Positions 19,735-29,344 of a stretch of DNA of 64,000 bases are shown piece by piece (the stretch's first letter is position 1; each line of letters begins with the position of its first letter). Source of the DNA: Alphaproteobacteria bacterium (GTDB taxonomy: Bacteria; Pseudomonadota; Alphaproteobacteria; UBA828); contig CBDCQT010000007.1 of the NCBI GenBank assembly GCA_965220745.1, positions 288,959-352,958 of the forward strand, in the 5' to 3' direction. The notes below the pieces were generated by a model. The model was given only the letters and a program-made list of their open reading frames with translations. It made no database searches and was not told the DNA's origin. The position numbers and the translations under genes were made by a program.

Positions 19735-19977
19735 ATGGATCGGATCGGTGCCTACGAGGCCAAGACGCACCTGCCTCGCTTGCTCGACCGCGTCGCGCGG
19801 GGCGAGAGCCTGACCATCACGCGCCACGGCAAGCCCGTCGCGCGGCTGGTACCCGTGGCGGGCGACCGCGAGCGGGCAAGGGAAGCCGCCGCCCGCATCG
19901 TCGAACGCCGCCGTCACCTCAAGCAGGTGCCCTTGGCGGACCTGCTGGCGACGATCCACGAGGGACACCGCTATTGA
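19735..19977 (+). CDS. Phd/YefM family antitoxin
   Basis: IGAYEAKTHLPRLLDRVARGESLTITRHGKPVARLVP. Confidence 0.92.
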   Translation: MDRIGAYEAKTHLPRLLDRVARGESLTITRHGKPVARLVPVAGDRERAREAAARIVERRRHLKQVPLADLLATIHEGHRY

Positions 19978-20399
19978 CGACCATCGTCATCGACAACTCG
20001 GTGTTCCTTTCCTGGTGCCTGGGAGACGAGGGCGACCCCAGAGCGGCCCGCGCCATGCAGCGGGTCGCGGAGGAGGGCGGCGTCGTCCCCCGGATCTGGT
20101 GGTACGAGTTGCGCAACGCGCTGCTGATGAACGAGCGCTGGGGCCGCATCAGCCCGCAGCAGGTCTCGGATACCCTCGATGACAGTCTGGCGCTGGGTAT
20201 CGCCATCGACGACGAGCACGATGGATCGCTGCTTCTCGAGCTGGCTCGCCAGCAGGAGCTCTCCGTCTACGACGCCGCCTATCTGGAGGTCGCCTTCCGC
20301 CGCAGCCTTCCGCTGGCAACGCTCGACCGCCGTCTCCACGAGGCAGCCCTGGCGATCGGGGTCGCCACCGACGGCCCCCGCCGACCGCCCCCTGCCTGA
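19974..20399 (+). CDS. vapC: VapC family PIN-domain toxin
   Basis: IVIDNSV, WWYELRNAL, LSVYDAAYLEVA, LATLDRRL; 4-bp overlap with the antitoxin. Confidence 0.9.
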   Translation: MTTIVIDNSVFLSWCLGDEGDPRAARAMQRVAEEGGVVPRIWWYELRNALLMNERWGRISPQQVSDTLDDSLALGIAIDDEHDGSLLLELARQQELSVYDAAYLEVAFRRSLPLATLDRRLHEAALAIGVATDGPRRPPPA

Positions 20400-20476
20400 T
20401 GTGGCCTGAGACGGCAATGACCTGACAGTTCGGTTCGCTGCCGCGCAGCCGCCGAGCCCCCGCCCGTTCCCCACTT

Positions 20477-20506
20477 CGTCATGCGCGGACTTGTTCCGCG
20501 CATCCA
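20477..20506 (+). repeat. CGTC-type REP palindrome
   Basis: cgtc-atgcgcgga-cttgt-tccgcgcat-cca. Confidence 0.8.
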
Positions 20507-20520
20507 TATTCGACGCAGGC

Positions 20521-20815
20521 TCACGGCAGGGTTTCGTAGTGGTCGTCCCAATCGGGGTTATGCGCGACGATGAGATCGACCTTCCAGGCGTGCGACCAGT
20601 GCTTCATGGTCCCGTTCCCGCTGGATGGCTGCGGCGATTTCGTCATGGCGCTCCGCGTAGACGAGCCGGGTCAGACGGTACCGCTTGGTGAACCCTTCAA
20701 CCAGGCCTTCGCGGTGTTCCCACGCCCTGCGCGCGATATCGCTGGTGACACCGAGATAGAGCGTGCCGTTGGTTCGGTTGGTCGTGATGTAGACCCAGCC
20801 CCCGCCCTTTCTCAT
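20521..20815 (-). pseudogene. Small GIY-YIG nuclease with a +1 frameshift
   Basis: GWVYITTNRTNGTLYLGVTSDIARRAWEHREG..GFTKRYRLTRLVYAE..AIQRE; removing one G near 20612 restores TMKHWSHAWKVDLIVAHNPDWDDHYETLP; span is 295 nt. Confidence 0.85.
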
Positions 20816-20834
20816 GCTCCCATGCTGCAACCCG

Positions 20835-20882
20835 TGGATGCCCGGAACACCCCCGGACTTGATCCGGGGGCCGGGCATGACG
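20835..20882 (-). repeat. CGTC-type REP (inverted) with a nested second hairpin in its loop
   Basis: tggatgcccggaaca[cccccggacttgatccggggg]ccgggcatgacg. Confidence 0.8.
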
Positions 20883-21396
20883 AAGTAAGGAGCTGGCCTC
20901 AGCGCGGTCGCGTGAGTCCCTATGTCTGCGAACGGGCGTTCGATACGAGAGGGGCACGTAGCCAAGCGAGTGTCGCGTCCACGCAAGCGTTACCATGTTC
21001 AACGTTCAGAGATCGGCGGGTAGTAAGTCCACGCAGAACCCACCGGTCCTCACAGGGCAAGTACAATTGCGCTAAAGGATCCGCTCAGGTTTACTTGGAA
21101 GCACGCGGCAGACGAGCTATAGCGGCCCCAACTGATCCCAGTTGCCACGGCGCAAACCAGTGTTTCAAGTTAGTGGAAAATTAGAGAAGTGTGCTGACAA
21201 TCTTTCCTTAGTGCTACCCGGAACTAACTTTCCCAGCGGCGCCAACACTACTAATGCCGACCAAAGGTCAGTCCAAGAAACTCTTTTGTTACCGCCCGAG
21301 CGCGCGTGCGTACGGAAGCGGCAACGCTAGAGACAGCTGAACATCTATAGACGGCTCCTCTTCAGACATTGGCCGCGTTGTCATGGGATGCTTCAG

Positions 21397-22443
21397 CTAC
21401 GAGCCCCGCGAAACAAGTTTGAGCAGGCTCTGCAGAAAGGACTCGATCGTTTCCTTATCCGCAGTTGGACGCGCTACCTGTCCGGCTGTTCTCGCCTTCT
21501 CTTTCTCCGGCACGTAATTTCTCTCTGTCTGCGTGAGTAACAATATCACTTGCCCGATAGACGACTTGTCATTCGAAAGAAGAGCCAACCGCACCGCCAG
21601 ATATTTTGCCTCGATGTTGGTAAGTTCATTCTGAAAATACTTGATCTCTCGCAGGCTATTGCTGTAAAGACGCAAGAAAAAGTAAGCCAAAACCTCAACC
21701 GCTATGACCAAAGAGATTAGTGGGACAAACTGTTCTGTAAAGGCCAGCGCGCTGCCTCCAGAATGCCCTTTTGTCACGACATAATACGCGAGTATCGCCA
21801 TGCCCAATAGTGCTACGAATATTCCTATGACGAGATTTACATTTCCCCGACGGAATAAGCTTTCTAACTCATTTTGTAGTCGACGTGTCGTAGTAGAGTA
21901 CTCACTGTTTAGTTCATTTATCAGCTCTAATGTTGTCCGATCCTCCTCTACAGCTTCACGAATATCATTCAGAAACTGCTCCGTTGCAGTCTGCTCTATA
22001 GCACGCCGCAAACGATTCACATATTCTGTCTTTTCGACTTCCGAAATATCGTGGCGAGGAGTTTCTTGAAGTTTGAGTTGCTCTTCTAAATCTAACAGCT
22101 TACTCTGTACGTGCGAGTCTGTCGCTGCAATCTTCGTGTCCAACCTCTGAATTCTGTTTGCTAATTGCCGGTATGAGGCGGTTACGCTTCCGAGTTCTGA
22201 TTCCGTAGAATCTTGTCTCCTAAATCCAATTTGGAGGTAATACATCAGCATACCGACACCGGACAAAGAAAATAGACCCAATGCAATTACCATCATAACA
22301 TTGGGGATCAAGCCCGAGGTTACATAACCAATTTCTGCACCAAGCGCGTACGTTAATAGTATCAGGAGTAGTCCCAGTAATGCGGGAATACCAAGAATTA
22401 AAATACGAAAGCGTCGTTGCAGATAGTGAGATTTGTCAGTCAT
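21397..22443 (-). CDS. AT-rich membrane protein of unknown function (2 TM, coiled coil, 2 TM)
   Basis: 348-aa ORF with hydrophobic segments near both ends and a heptad-rich middle; visibly lower GC than the flanks. Confidence 0.75.
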   Translation of the reverse strand: MTDKSHYLQRRFRILILGIPALLGLLLILLTYALGAEIGYVTSGLIPNVMMVIALGLFSLSGVGMLMYYLQIGFRRQDSTESELGSVTASYRQLANRIQRLDTKIAATDSHVQSKLLDLEEQLKLQETPRHDISEVEKTEYVNRLRRAIEQTATEQFLNDIREAVEEDRTTLELINELNSEYSTTTRRLQNELESLFRRGNVNLVIGIFVALLGMAILAYYVVTKGHSGGSALAFTEQFVPLISLVIAVEVLAYFFLRLYSNSLREIKYFQNELTNIEAKYLAVRLALLSNDKSSIGQVILLLTQTERNYVPEKEKARTAGQVARPTADKETIESFLQSLLKLVSRGS

Positions 22444-22548
22444 TATTCATCAACCAATCAATTTCGATTAGGAAAGTATCGTCCGAGGGTAAGCATTGAG
22501 AGTGGGGTAGGTGTCTTTTGACCCCAACCTTAAGCTCACCTCCACCCC

Positions 22549-23337
22549 CTACTCCCTATACCCCGCATCCGTCTGATCCAGCATGCGCATGAAGGCCTGG
22601 AACTCCAGCGCGCCGATGTCGCCCACGTGAGTGGAGAAGTCGTCGATCTCGCGGAGCGACTTCTCGCACACCTCTTCCGGCACATGCACCAGGCTTGAGT
22701 TCATCGCGAGGGCGTCCACCTGCGTCTTGCAGGCGGTCTCGAGGCGATGCAGGTAGAGGAAGGCCTCGGGGATCGTCCGCGCCACCGTCACCAGCCCGTG
22801 GTTGCGCAGGATGAGCGCGCGGTTCCGGCCGAGGTCGCGCACCAGCCGCGCCTTCTCGGCCTCGCTCACGATCGCGCCTTCGTACTCGTGATAGCCCACC
22901 ATGCCGTGGAAGAGCGTCGCGTCCAGGCTGATCGGCAGCAGCCCGCATTCCAGCGCCGCCACCGCCATGCCCGCCGGCGAGTGCGTGTGCATGACGCAGT
23001 GCGCGTCCGGCGCGCCGGCGTGGATCGCGCCGTGGATGGCGTAGCCGGCCGCGTTCACCGACCACTCGCTCTCGCCCACGATCTCGCCCTCCAGCGTGAT
23101 CTTGACCAGGTTCGCCGCCGTCACCTCGCCGTAGCGCAGCCCGTAGGGGTTGATGAGGAAGTGCCGCTCCGGCCCCGGCACGCGCACGGTGAGGTGGCCG
23201 TAGATCGACTCGTTCCAGCCGAAATGCTCGACCAGCCGGTAGGCGGCGGCGAGCTGCACGCGAAGCTCGGCTTCGCTCGGCACCAGCTGGATGGTCTCGA
23301 ACTTCGCCGTGGCAGCCTCGGCTGTGGATGTGCTCAT
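22549..23337 (-). CDS. Class II aldolase/adducin family protein
   Basis: LRVQLAAAYRL, GHLTVRVP, FLINPYGL, AIHGAIH, CVMHTHS, LILRNHG. Confidence 0.92.
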   Translation of the reverse strand: MSTSTAEAATAKFETIQLVPSEAELRVQLAAAYRLVEHFGWNESIYGHLTVRVPGPERHFLINPYGLRYGEVTAANLVKITLEGEIVGESEWSVNAAGYAIHGAIHAGAPDAHCVMHTHSPAGMAVAALECGLLPISLDATLFHGMVGYHEYEGAIVSEAEKARLVRDLGRNRALILRNHGLVTVARTIPEAFLYLHRLETACKTQVDALAMNSSLVHVPEEVCEKSLREIDDFSTHVGDIGALEFQAFMRMLDQTDAGYRE

Positions 23338-23485
23338 CGCTCTCTCCCCTTTGTCGCTCACGGCAGCCGGCCTACGGCCGGCGCCTCCGCGTCGCGCGGC
23401 CACGCGCGCCGGGGCGCGCGATGTGCGCCGCTTTCGCGGCGGGCCGCGGTCGCAGCCTGTCGCGCGTCCGCCAAAGACGGACGCG

Positions 23486-24256
23486 CTACCCCTCGAAGTG
23501 TACCTCGGCCTGGCCGATGGGGCCGAACTCGGCGGTCACGGTGTCGCCCGGCTGGCACTGCACCACGTCGGCCGCGCTGCCGGTGGTGACCACGTGGCCG
23601 GTCTCCAGCGTGAGCCCGCGCGCGCTCAGGTGGTTCGCCAGCCAGACCATGACGTTCCACGGATCGCCCAGCACGTTGGCGCCCGCGCCCTCGCTCACCA
23701 CCTCGCCGTTCACGCGCACGATCACCGGCTGGCCCGCGAGGTCGTGGTCGAGCCCGCCCGCCGCCGCCGGCCCGAGGCAGAGCATGCAGCCGATGGCGTT
23801 GTCGCCGATCAGGTCCGGCGCCTTCATGGAGAGCCAGTCGGCGTAACGGGAATCCGGCACCTCGATGGCTGGGTGCACGCTCGCCACCGCCGCCCGCACC
23901 TCCTCCCGCGTGTAGGGCGCGGCCCGCGGGGCGAGCGCGCTCGCCATCACGAAGTCGAACTCCGCCTCGATCGCGTAGAAGTTCACCGTGTTCGCGGGCA
24001 CGCGAAGCGGGCTCCCGCCCACGTGGTCCGCGAAGAGGCGGCCGGAGAACGGCGCGTCCACGCCGAAGCGCGCCTGCACCTGCGCGTTGGTGGCGCCGAT
24101 CTTGTAGCCCGCGAGCGCGAGGCCGGCCGTCGCCGCGAGCCCGTCCTGCACCGCGTAGGCGTCTTCCAGCGTGCCGGGCCGGCAGTCCGCCGGCAGCGCG
24201 TCCATCTGCGTGCGTTCTTGCCAGGCCTCCCACAGGAGCGCGCCGCCTCTAGCCAT
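23486..24256 (-). CDS. 2-keto-4-pentenoate hydratase-like (FAA hydrolase family)
   Basis: AYAVQ, GYKIGATN, IEAEF, PAIEVPDSR, DN, NVLGDP, WLANHL, VTTGS. Confidence 0.88.
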   Translation of the reverse strand: MARGGALLWEAWQERTQMDALPADCRPGTLEDAYAVQDGLAATAGLALAGYKIGATNAQVQARFGVDAPFSGRLFADHVGGSPLRVPANTVNFYAIEAEFDFVMASALAPRAAPYTREEVRAAVASVHPAIEVPDSRYADWLSMKAPDLIGDNAIGCMLCLGPAAAGGLDHDLAGQPVIVRVNGEVVSEGAGANVLGDPWNVMVWLANHLSARGLTLETGHVVTTGSAADVVQCQPGDTVTAEFGPIGQAEVHFEG

Positions 24257-24324
24257 GTCTTTCGCGCGCGTCCCGCGCGACGCCTCTCGGCCCATTCCCG
24301 CTCTCCTTGCCGCGTTACCTATTG

Positions 24325-25074
24325 TCACTCCGCCGCGCGCTGGGTACCGCCAGCCGCCATCAGGTCCACGAAATTCCGGAAGAGCCGGCTGCCGTTGGCG
24401 CGCAGCGTCTCCTCTTCGCGCACCGCGTCCGCCACCATGCGCGCGAAGGCGCCCTCGCCCTGATCCCGCTCCAGCGCGGCGATGTATTCCGGGAAGGCCT
24501 CCGTCGCCTGCACCAGCGCCGCATCCACCTCCATGTGGAACTGCACGCCGTAGGCACGCGGCGCGAGCCGATAGGCCTGCACCGCGCAGGCCTCGGAGGT
24601 GGCGAGCAGCACCGCCTGCCGCGGCATCGCGGTCACCGCGTTCAGGTGCCACTGCATGGTGAGCGGCGCGGCCGGCAACCCGGCGAAGAGCGGGTCGGCG
24701 CGGCCCGCCTCGGTCAGCGCGAAGTCGACGATGCCGACCTCGGCCTCGGCCAGCGGCTCGACGGTGCCGCCATGCGCGTCCGCCAGCAGCTGACAGCCGA
24801 GGCAGACGCCGAGCACCGGCATGCCCTCCGCCACCGCGTCGCGCAGCAAGGCCTTCTCGGTGCCAAGCCAGGGATGAAGGTGCTCCTCGTCCGCCTGCTG
24901 CGGCCCGCCCATGGCGAGCACCGCGTCGTAGTCCTCGAGTGCAGGAAAGGGTTCGCCCTGCCAGGGGTCGCAGGCACGCCATTCGATGCCCGCCTGCTCC
25001 ATGACCTCGCCGAAGAAGCCCGGCTGGTCGATCTCCGAATGCCGGATGACCAGCACCCGGCGGGGCGCCGCCAT
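24325..25074 (-). CDS. Type 1 glutamine amidotransferase
   Basis: MGGP, PVLGVCLGCQLLA, QWH, GVQFHME. Confidence 0.9.
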   Translation of the reverse strand: MAAPRRVLVIRHSEIDQPGFFGEVMEQAGIEWRACDPWQGEPFPALEDYDAVLAMGGPQQADEEHLHPWLGTEKALLRDAVAEGMPVLGVCLGCQLLADAHGGTVEPLAEAEVGIVDFALTEAGRADPLFAGLPAAPLTMQWHLNAVTAMPRQAVLLATSEACAVQAYRLAPRAYGVQFHMEVDAALVQATEAFPEYIAALERDQGEGAFARMVADAVREEETLRANGSRLFRNFVDLMAAGGTQRAAE

Positions 25075-25077
25075 GCC

Positions 25078-26220
25078 CTACCAGAGCCGGTCGGAGGCCA
25101 GTGCCGCGCCCTCGGCGAGCGCGCCCAGCTTGGCGTAGACGATCTCCGAATCCACCCGGCCGAAGCCCGCAAAGGTGCCGAAGCCGCAGTCGCCCCCCGC
25201 CAGCACGCGCTCGCGGCCCACGATGTCGGCGAAGCGGCAGATGCGCTCCGCCACCAGCGCCGGGTGCTCGACGAAGTTCGAGACCGAATCGATCACGCCG
25301 GGGATCAGCACCTTGTCCTCCGGCAGGCCGCGCTCCTGGAACACGGCCCACTCGTGGGCGTGGCGCGGGTTCGCCGCCTCAAATGAAATTGCCTGCGGCT
25401 TCGCCTTCATCACCGTGTCGTAGATCGTATCCAGCGCGATGTCGCAGACGTGGGGCCCCTCGTAGTTGCCCCAGCAGAGGTGCAGCCGCGCGGCCTCGGC
25501 GGGCACATTCTCAAGCGAGGCGTTCAGCACCTCGATATTGCGCTCGGCCACGGCGACGAACTCCGCGTCGCTCTTGTCCTTGTGGATGCTGTGCCGGGTC
25601 ATGGCGAGGTCGGGGCAGTCGAGCTGGATCACCAGGCCCGCCGCGTGGATCGCCTCGTACTCGGGTCTCATCATCTCGCAGAGCACGTCCAGGTAGGCGT
25701 CCTCGCTCGGGTAGTACTGGTTGGGCTGGAAGAACGCGATGACGCCGGGCGAGGCTGCGTTCATGAAGCCCTCGACCGCGCCGGCCGCCTCCAGCGCCGC
25801 GGCCATGTTGGCGAGGTCCTTCCTGAGCGGCGCCTCGTCCTTGATGCTGATCTCGCCGACACAGGGCGCGCGCCTCACCTGCGGCGCCTCGCCCATGGCG
25901 GCCACGCGCTGCACGTAGGCCGGGAACATCTCCATGTCCCGCGGCATCTTGCGCTCGCTGTCGCCCGCGAAGCCGTGCAGCCGCTCCGTGACGTAAGTGG
26001 AGTAGCCGCTCTTGCTCATCTCGCCGTCGGAGACGATGTCGACGCCTGCGTCCACCTGCCGGCGCACGACGTCCGCCACGGCGCTCACCATGCAGGCGTC
26101 GAAGGCGCCCTGGTCGGTGAGCGTCTCGTTCTCCTTGGCGAGCAGCATGTCGGAGACATCCTGCGGCCTCGGCAGGGAGCCCACATGCGTGGTGAGAATG
26201 CGTTCGGTGCTGAGCTTCAT
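25078..26220 (-). CDS. Cobalamin-independent methionine synthase II family protein
   Basis: ILTTHVGSLPRP, VSDGEMSK, HLCWGNYEGPH, FEAANPRHAHEW, DCGFGTF. Confidence 0.92.
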   Translation of the reverse strand: MKLSTERILTTHVGSLPRPQDVSDMLLAKENETLTDQGAFDACMVSAVADVVRRQVDAGVDIVSDGEMSKSGYSTYVTERLHGFAGDSERKMPRDMEMFPAYVQRVAAMGEAPQVRRAPCVGEISIKDEAPLRKDLANMAAALEAAGAVEGFMNAASPGVIAFFQPNQYYPSEDAYLDVLCEMMRPEYEAIHAAGLVIQLDCPDLAMTRHSIHKDKSDAEFVAVAERNIEVLNASLENVPAEAARLHLCWGNYEGPHVCDIALDTIYDTVMKAKPQAISFEAANPRHAHEWAVFQERGLPEDKVLIPGVIDSVSNFVEHPALVAERICRFADIVGRERVLAGGDCGFGTFAGFGRVDSEIVYAKLGALAEGAALASDRLW

Positions 26221-26393
26221 GCCGTCCTCCCTCCGTCCCTGTAACGGGACGGCCAACACGCCGGGACTATACGCGCTCGCCGGGTCTGCTGCGACCGCTC
26301 ATGCCGGAGGCGGCATGTCGTCGCTGGGACGCTTGACCGGAATCCGGGGCGGGCGTAACCCATCGCCAGCAGACGGCGGAACTCAGGCGCATC

Positions 26394-27554
26394 ATGGACG
26401 AGCAGCAACAACCTCTCGCGGAGAGCGACGAGAAGGGCGCCTTCCGCTTCTACGACAACCGCCAGAAGTACCTGCTATTCGTCAACACCTGCAGCGAGAA
26501 GTGGGTGGTCTCCGAACGCGCCGGGATGGAGCTCGGCCTGGTCCACCCCCGGCCGCCGGCGCTCCGGGTGTTCGACGCCGGCATGGGCGACGGCACCGTG
26601 CTCTCCGGGGTCATGCGGAACATGCACCGGCGCTTCCCGACGATGCCGTTCTACGTCGTCGGCAAGGAAATCTCGGTGGAGGACGTGCGCCTCTGCCTGG
26701 AGAAAATGCCCGACCGGTTGTTCGAGCATCCGGCGACGGTGCTGGTGGTCACCAACATGCACTACTCGGAGGCGCCATCGCTTCAGCCCCGCTCGATGCA
26801 GGCGGCGGCCACGCTGAACTGGATCGAGACGCCGCTATCCGGCAACACCTCCCACGAGTTCCACGAGCAGATCGCGGCGCTCCAGCCCACTCTGGCCGAC
26901 ACCTGGCGCGTGCGGCCGAGCCCGAAGACCGGCAATCCCCTCTACGTCCGGGCGTCGGTGCTGGTGCTCTATCGGGAAGACCACAAGTTCCTGCTCGACC
27001 CGGTGATCCCGCGCCCCGGCCGCGCCAGCGACGGCTACGACCTGGTTCTCGCCTCCCAGCCCTACCGGGCGCGCATGCCGGTCGACTTCAAGGTGAAGCG
27101 GGTGCTGGCCCCGCTCGCCCGCAGTCTGGCGCCGGGCGGCAGGCTGCTCTGCATCCAGTCCCACGGCGGCGATCCGGGGCTCGAGATCGTCCGTAAGATC
27201 TGGCCCGACGAGCAGCCCTTCCAGACCGACCGCCACCTGCTGCTCAAGGCGCTCAAGGAGGAGATCGGCAAGAGCCGGCGCGATCTCAGGTACAACGCCT
27301 ACTCCGACAAGCGCGCGATCTTCCGCTACGACATGCACACGCTGCCGACCGAGATCGAAGGCTCCAGCATCGGCACGTCCACGCTGTTCGCCGCCTGGAA
27401 CGCGGCGATCTACGTCGCGCAGATCGAGGACGCGCGGCTGGAGGGCGTGGTCGCCGACGGCTCCTATCTGGACGCCACGCGCAATGTGCTCAGCGAATAC
27501 GGCGGGCTCTGGTTCTACGACGAATCCTTCGTCGTCTCCCGCCGCCGCGACTGA
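26394..27554 (+). CDS. Hypothetical protein with a SAM-methyltransferase-like motif
   Basis: 386-aa ORF with host-like codon use; LRVFDAGMGDG and LAPGGRL resemble class I methyltransferase motifs. Confidence 0.65.
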   Translation: MDEQQQPLAESDEKGAFRFYDNRQKYLLFVNTCSEKWVVSERAGMELGLVHPRPPALRVFDAGMGDGTVLSGVMRNMHRRFPTMPFYVVGKEISVEDVRLCLEKMPDRLFEHPATVLVVTNMHYSEAPSLQPRSMQAAATLNWIETPLSGNTSHEFHEQIAALQPTLADTWRVRPSPKTGNPLYVRASVLVLYREDHKFLLDPVIPRPGRASDGYDLVLASQPYRARMPVDFKVKRVLAPLARSLAPGGRLLCIQSHGGDPGLEIVRKIWPDEQPFQTDRHLLLKALKEEIGKSRRDLRYNAYSDKRAIFRYDMHTLPTEIEGSSIGTSTLFAAWNAAIYVAQIEDARLEGVVADGSYLDATRNVLSEYGGLWFYDESFVVSRRRD

Positions 27555-27579
27555 GGGCGCCGCCGGCCGCGCCGCCGGC

Positions 27580-28401
27580 TCACGTTCCGCCCGTGGCGAC
27601 GTCGTTGGCGGGCGGTTCATAGAATGAGAAGTCCCGCGCGCCGAAGTCGCTCACCGTGGTGTCCTCCAGGCGGATGACGCCGCCGCCGTAACGCGTCAGG
27701 TCCATGACGGTCGCGCCTCCGACCGCCCTGAGCCTCACATCGCCGAAGCGCGCGACTCCCGCGATCTCCATCAGGTCGATCAGGTCTTCGCCGTGCATGA
27801 AGTCCGTGATCGTGTCGGCCCCGTGATGCGGCTCGAACACGAACACATCGGCGCCGGCACCGCCTGTGAGCGTGTCGTCGCCCTCGCCGCCCGCCAGCCA
27901 GTCGTCGCCGTTGCCGCCGACGAGAACGTCGTCGCCCGCGCCGCCGAAGAGGTCGTCGTCATCCTCGCCGCCGGCGAGCTCGTCATCGCCGTCCTCCGGT
28001 GAGTGCTCGCCGCTGCCGCCGATGAGGGTATCGTCTCCGGCGCCGCCCCAGAGGGTGTCGTAGCCCATGTCGCCGATGAGCACGTCGGCGCCTGCGCCGG
28101 CGACGATGAGGTCATTGCCGTCGCCCCCGCTCAGGACTTCGGCACGCGCGCTCCCGAAGAGAATATCATCGCCCTTCCCGCCCGCGACGACCCCGGGATC
28201 GCCTCCGCCCGTGCTGTCCTCTTGGTGGGCGGGGCCGCGCGGAGTGTCGTCCGCCACGATCTCGGCGAGCAGCGCCATGCCGATGAGCCCGGCGAAGACC
28301 GGCCACACCGCCGCCGAGACGCCGGCTCGTTCGGCCTTCGCTCTGCTTTGCCCACTGCTGCCCATGAAGTATTGGACGCGTAGGCCGGCGCCGAATCCCA
28401 A
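27580..28401 (-). CDS. RTX/hemolysin-type calcium-binding repeat protein; start uncertain
   Basis: Repeated GGxGxD nonapeptides; GGAGADVFVF..GADTITDF..GEDLIDL. Confidence 0.85.
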   Translation of the reverse strand: MGFGAGLRVQYFMGSSGQSRAKAERAGVSAAVWPVFAGLIGMALLAEIVADDTPRGPAHQEDSTGGGDPGVVAGGKGDDILFGSARAEVLSGGDGNDLIVAGAGADVLIGDMGYDTLWGGAGDDTLIGGSGEHSPEDGDDELAGGEDDDDLFGGAGDDVLVGGNGDDWLAGGEGDDTLTGGAGADVFVFEPHHGADTITDFMHGEDLIDLMEIAGVARFGDVRLRAVGGATVMDLTRYGGGVIRLEDTTVSDFGARDFSFYEPPANDVATGGT

Positions 28402-28506
28402 TACCGTTTTCCTGGGTCCTCCATAGGATCGGAAGCGACCGGCATAGAGCCTCCTACGAGCGGGACATACCGAGCGTCGCTGCGGCGTGTCGGCGGCGCT
28501 GCGGTC

Positions 28507-28620
28507 TCACATGCCGTCGATTGGAGCCCCGTTGGCGGGCGGCTCGTAGAACACGAAGTCCGCCGCGTCGAAATCCTCGGCGGCGGCAGCACCCTCCAGC
28601 CGGATCGGGCCGCCGCCGCA
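28507..28620 (-). pseudogene. Remnant C-terminus of a paralogous RTX gene
   Basis: GGGPIRLEGAAAAEDFDAADFVFYEPPAN parallels GGGVIRLEDTTVSDFGARDFSFYEPPAN of the adjacent gene. Confidence 0.65.
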
Positions 28621-28713
28621 CGAGAGCGTTTCGCCTGCGCAAATTCCTGCAACGTCGCGCGGCAACGCGGGTGTATCCTCCGCTCGGATTCGCCGCCCCG
28701 AAGGGCTCCCGCC

Positions 28714-29100
28714 ATGTCCTCTCCTGCCGTCGCCCAAGCTCCCTCACGCCACGCGGAGGCGGAGTGGGCCGCGCGTGTCGAGCTCGCCGCTCTGTTCCGC
28801 GAGGCGATCGCCGACCACGACATCGTCGTCTCGCACCACCACGGTTACTACGCCCTCGGCCGCTCGGCGGCGGAGGCCTTCTTCCGGGCGTGCTACCTGC
28901 GCCAGGCGTGCTCGGTGCAGGTGAAGGCGTCGGCAACCGCGGCGGGCGCGGGCGAGCACTTGCGCGAGATGGACCCGCAGCGAGTCGCGATGATCGAGGA
29001 CCAGATGCGCGCCTCCGCCCACTACCGCTACGACGGCAGCACAGAGTGGGCCGCCCTCATGCGCAAGCTGGAGCGCACCTGCCCCGACTACCGGACGTGA
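28714..29100 (+). pseudogene. Internally deleted class II aldolase/adducin gene
   Basis: N-terminal EWAARVELAALFR joined directly to C-terminal HHGYYALGRSAAEAF...EWAALMRKLERTCPDYRT; the central HxH region is missing. Confidence 0.65.
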
Positions 29101-29200
29101 GTGCTCAGCCGAGGGCGCAGATTGCGGCCTAGAGTCCTGTTTCTGAAGTTCGCACGACTTCAGGTTGGCCGTGTGGACTCCCCAGCTCGGCCACCTCTCT

Positions 29201-29230
29201 CGTCATGCCCGGACTTGTTCCGGGCATCCA
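29201..29230 (+). repeat. CGTC-type REP palindrome
   Basis: cgtc-atgcccgga-cttgt-tccgggcat-cca. Confidence 0.82.
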
Positions 29231-29344
29231 TGAGGGCCCGGGAACAGCGCGGATCGATGGCAGCGTAGCGATGTGGAAAGCACCTGCTCCCGGCCCGGCG
29301 CCAAATGGCTTCCATGTAAGTGTAGCCACCAAACATTCTGGAGG

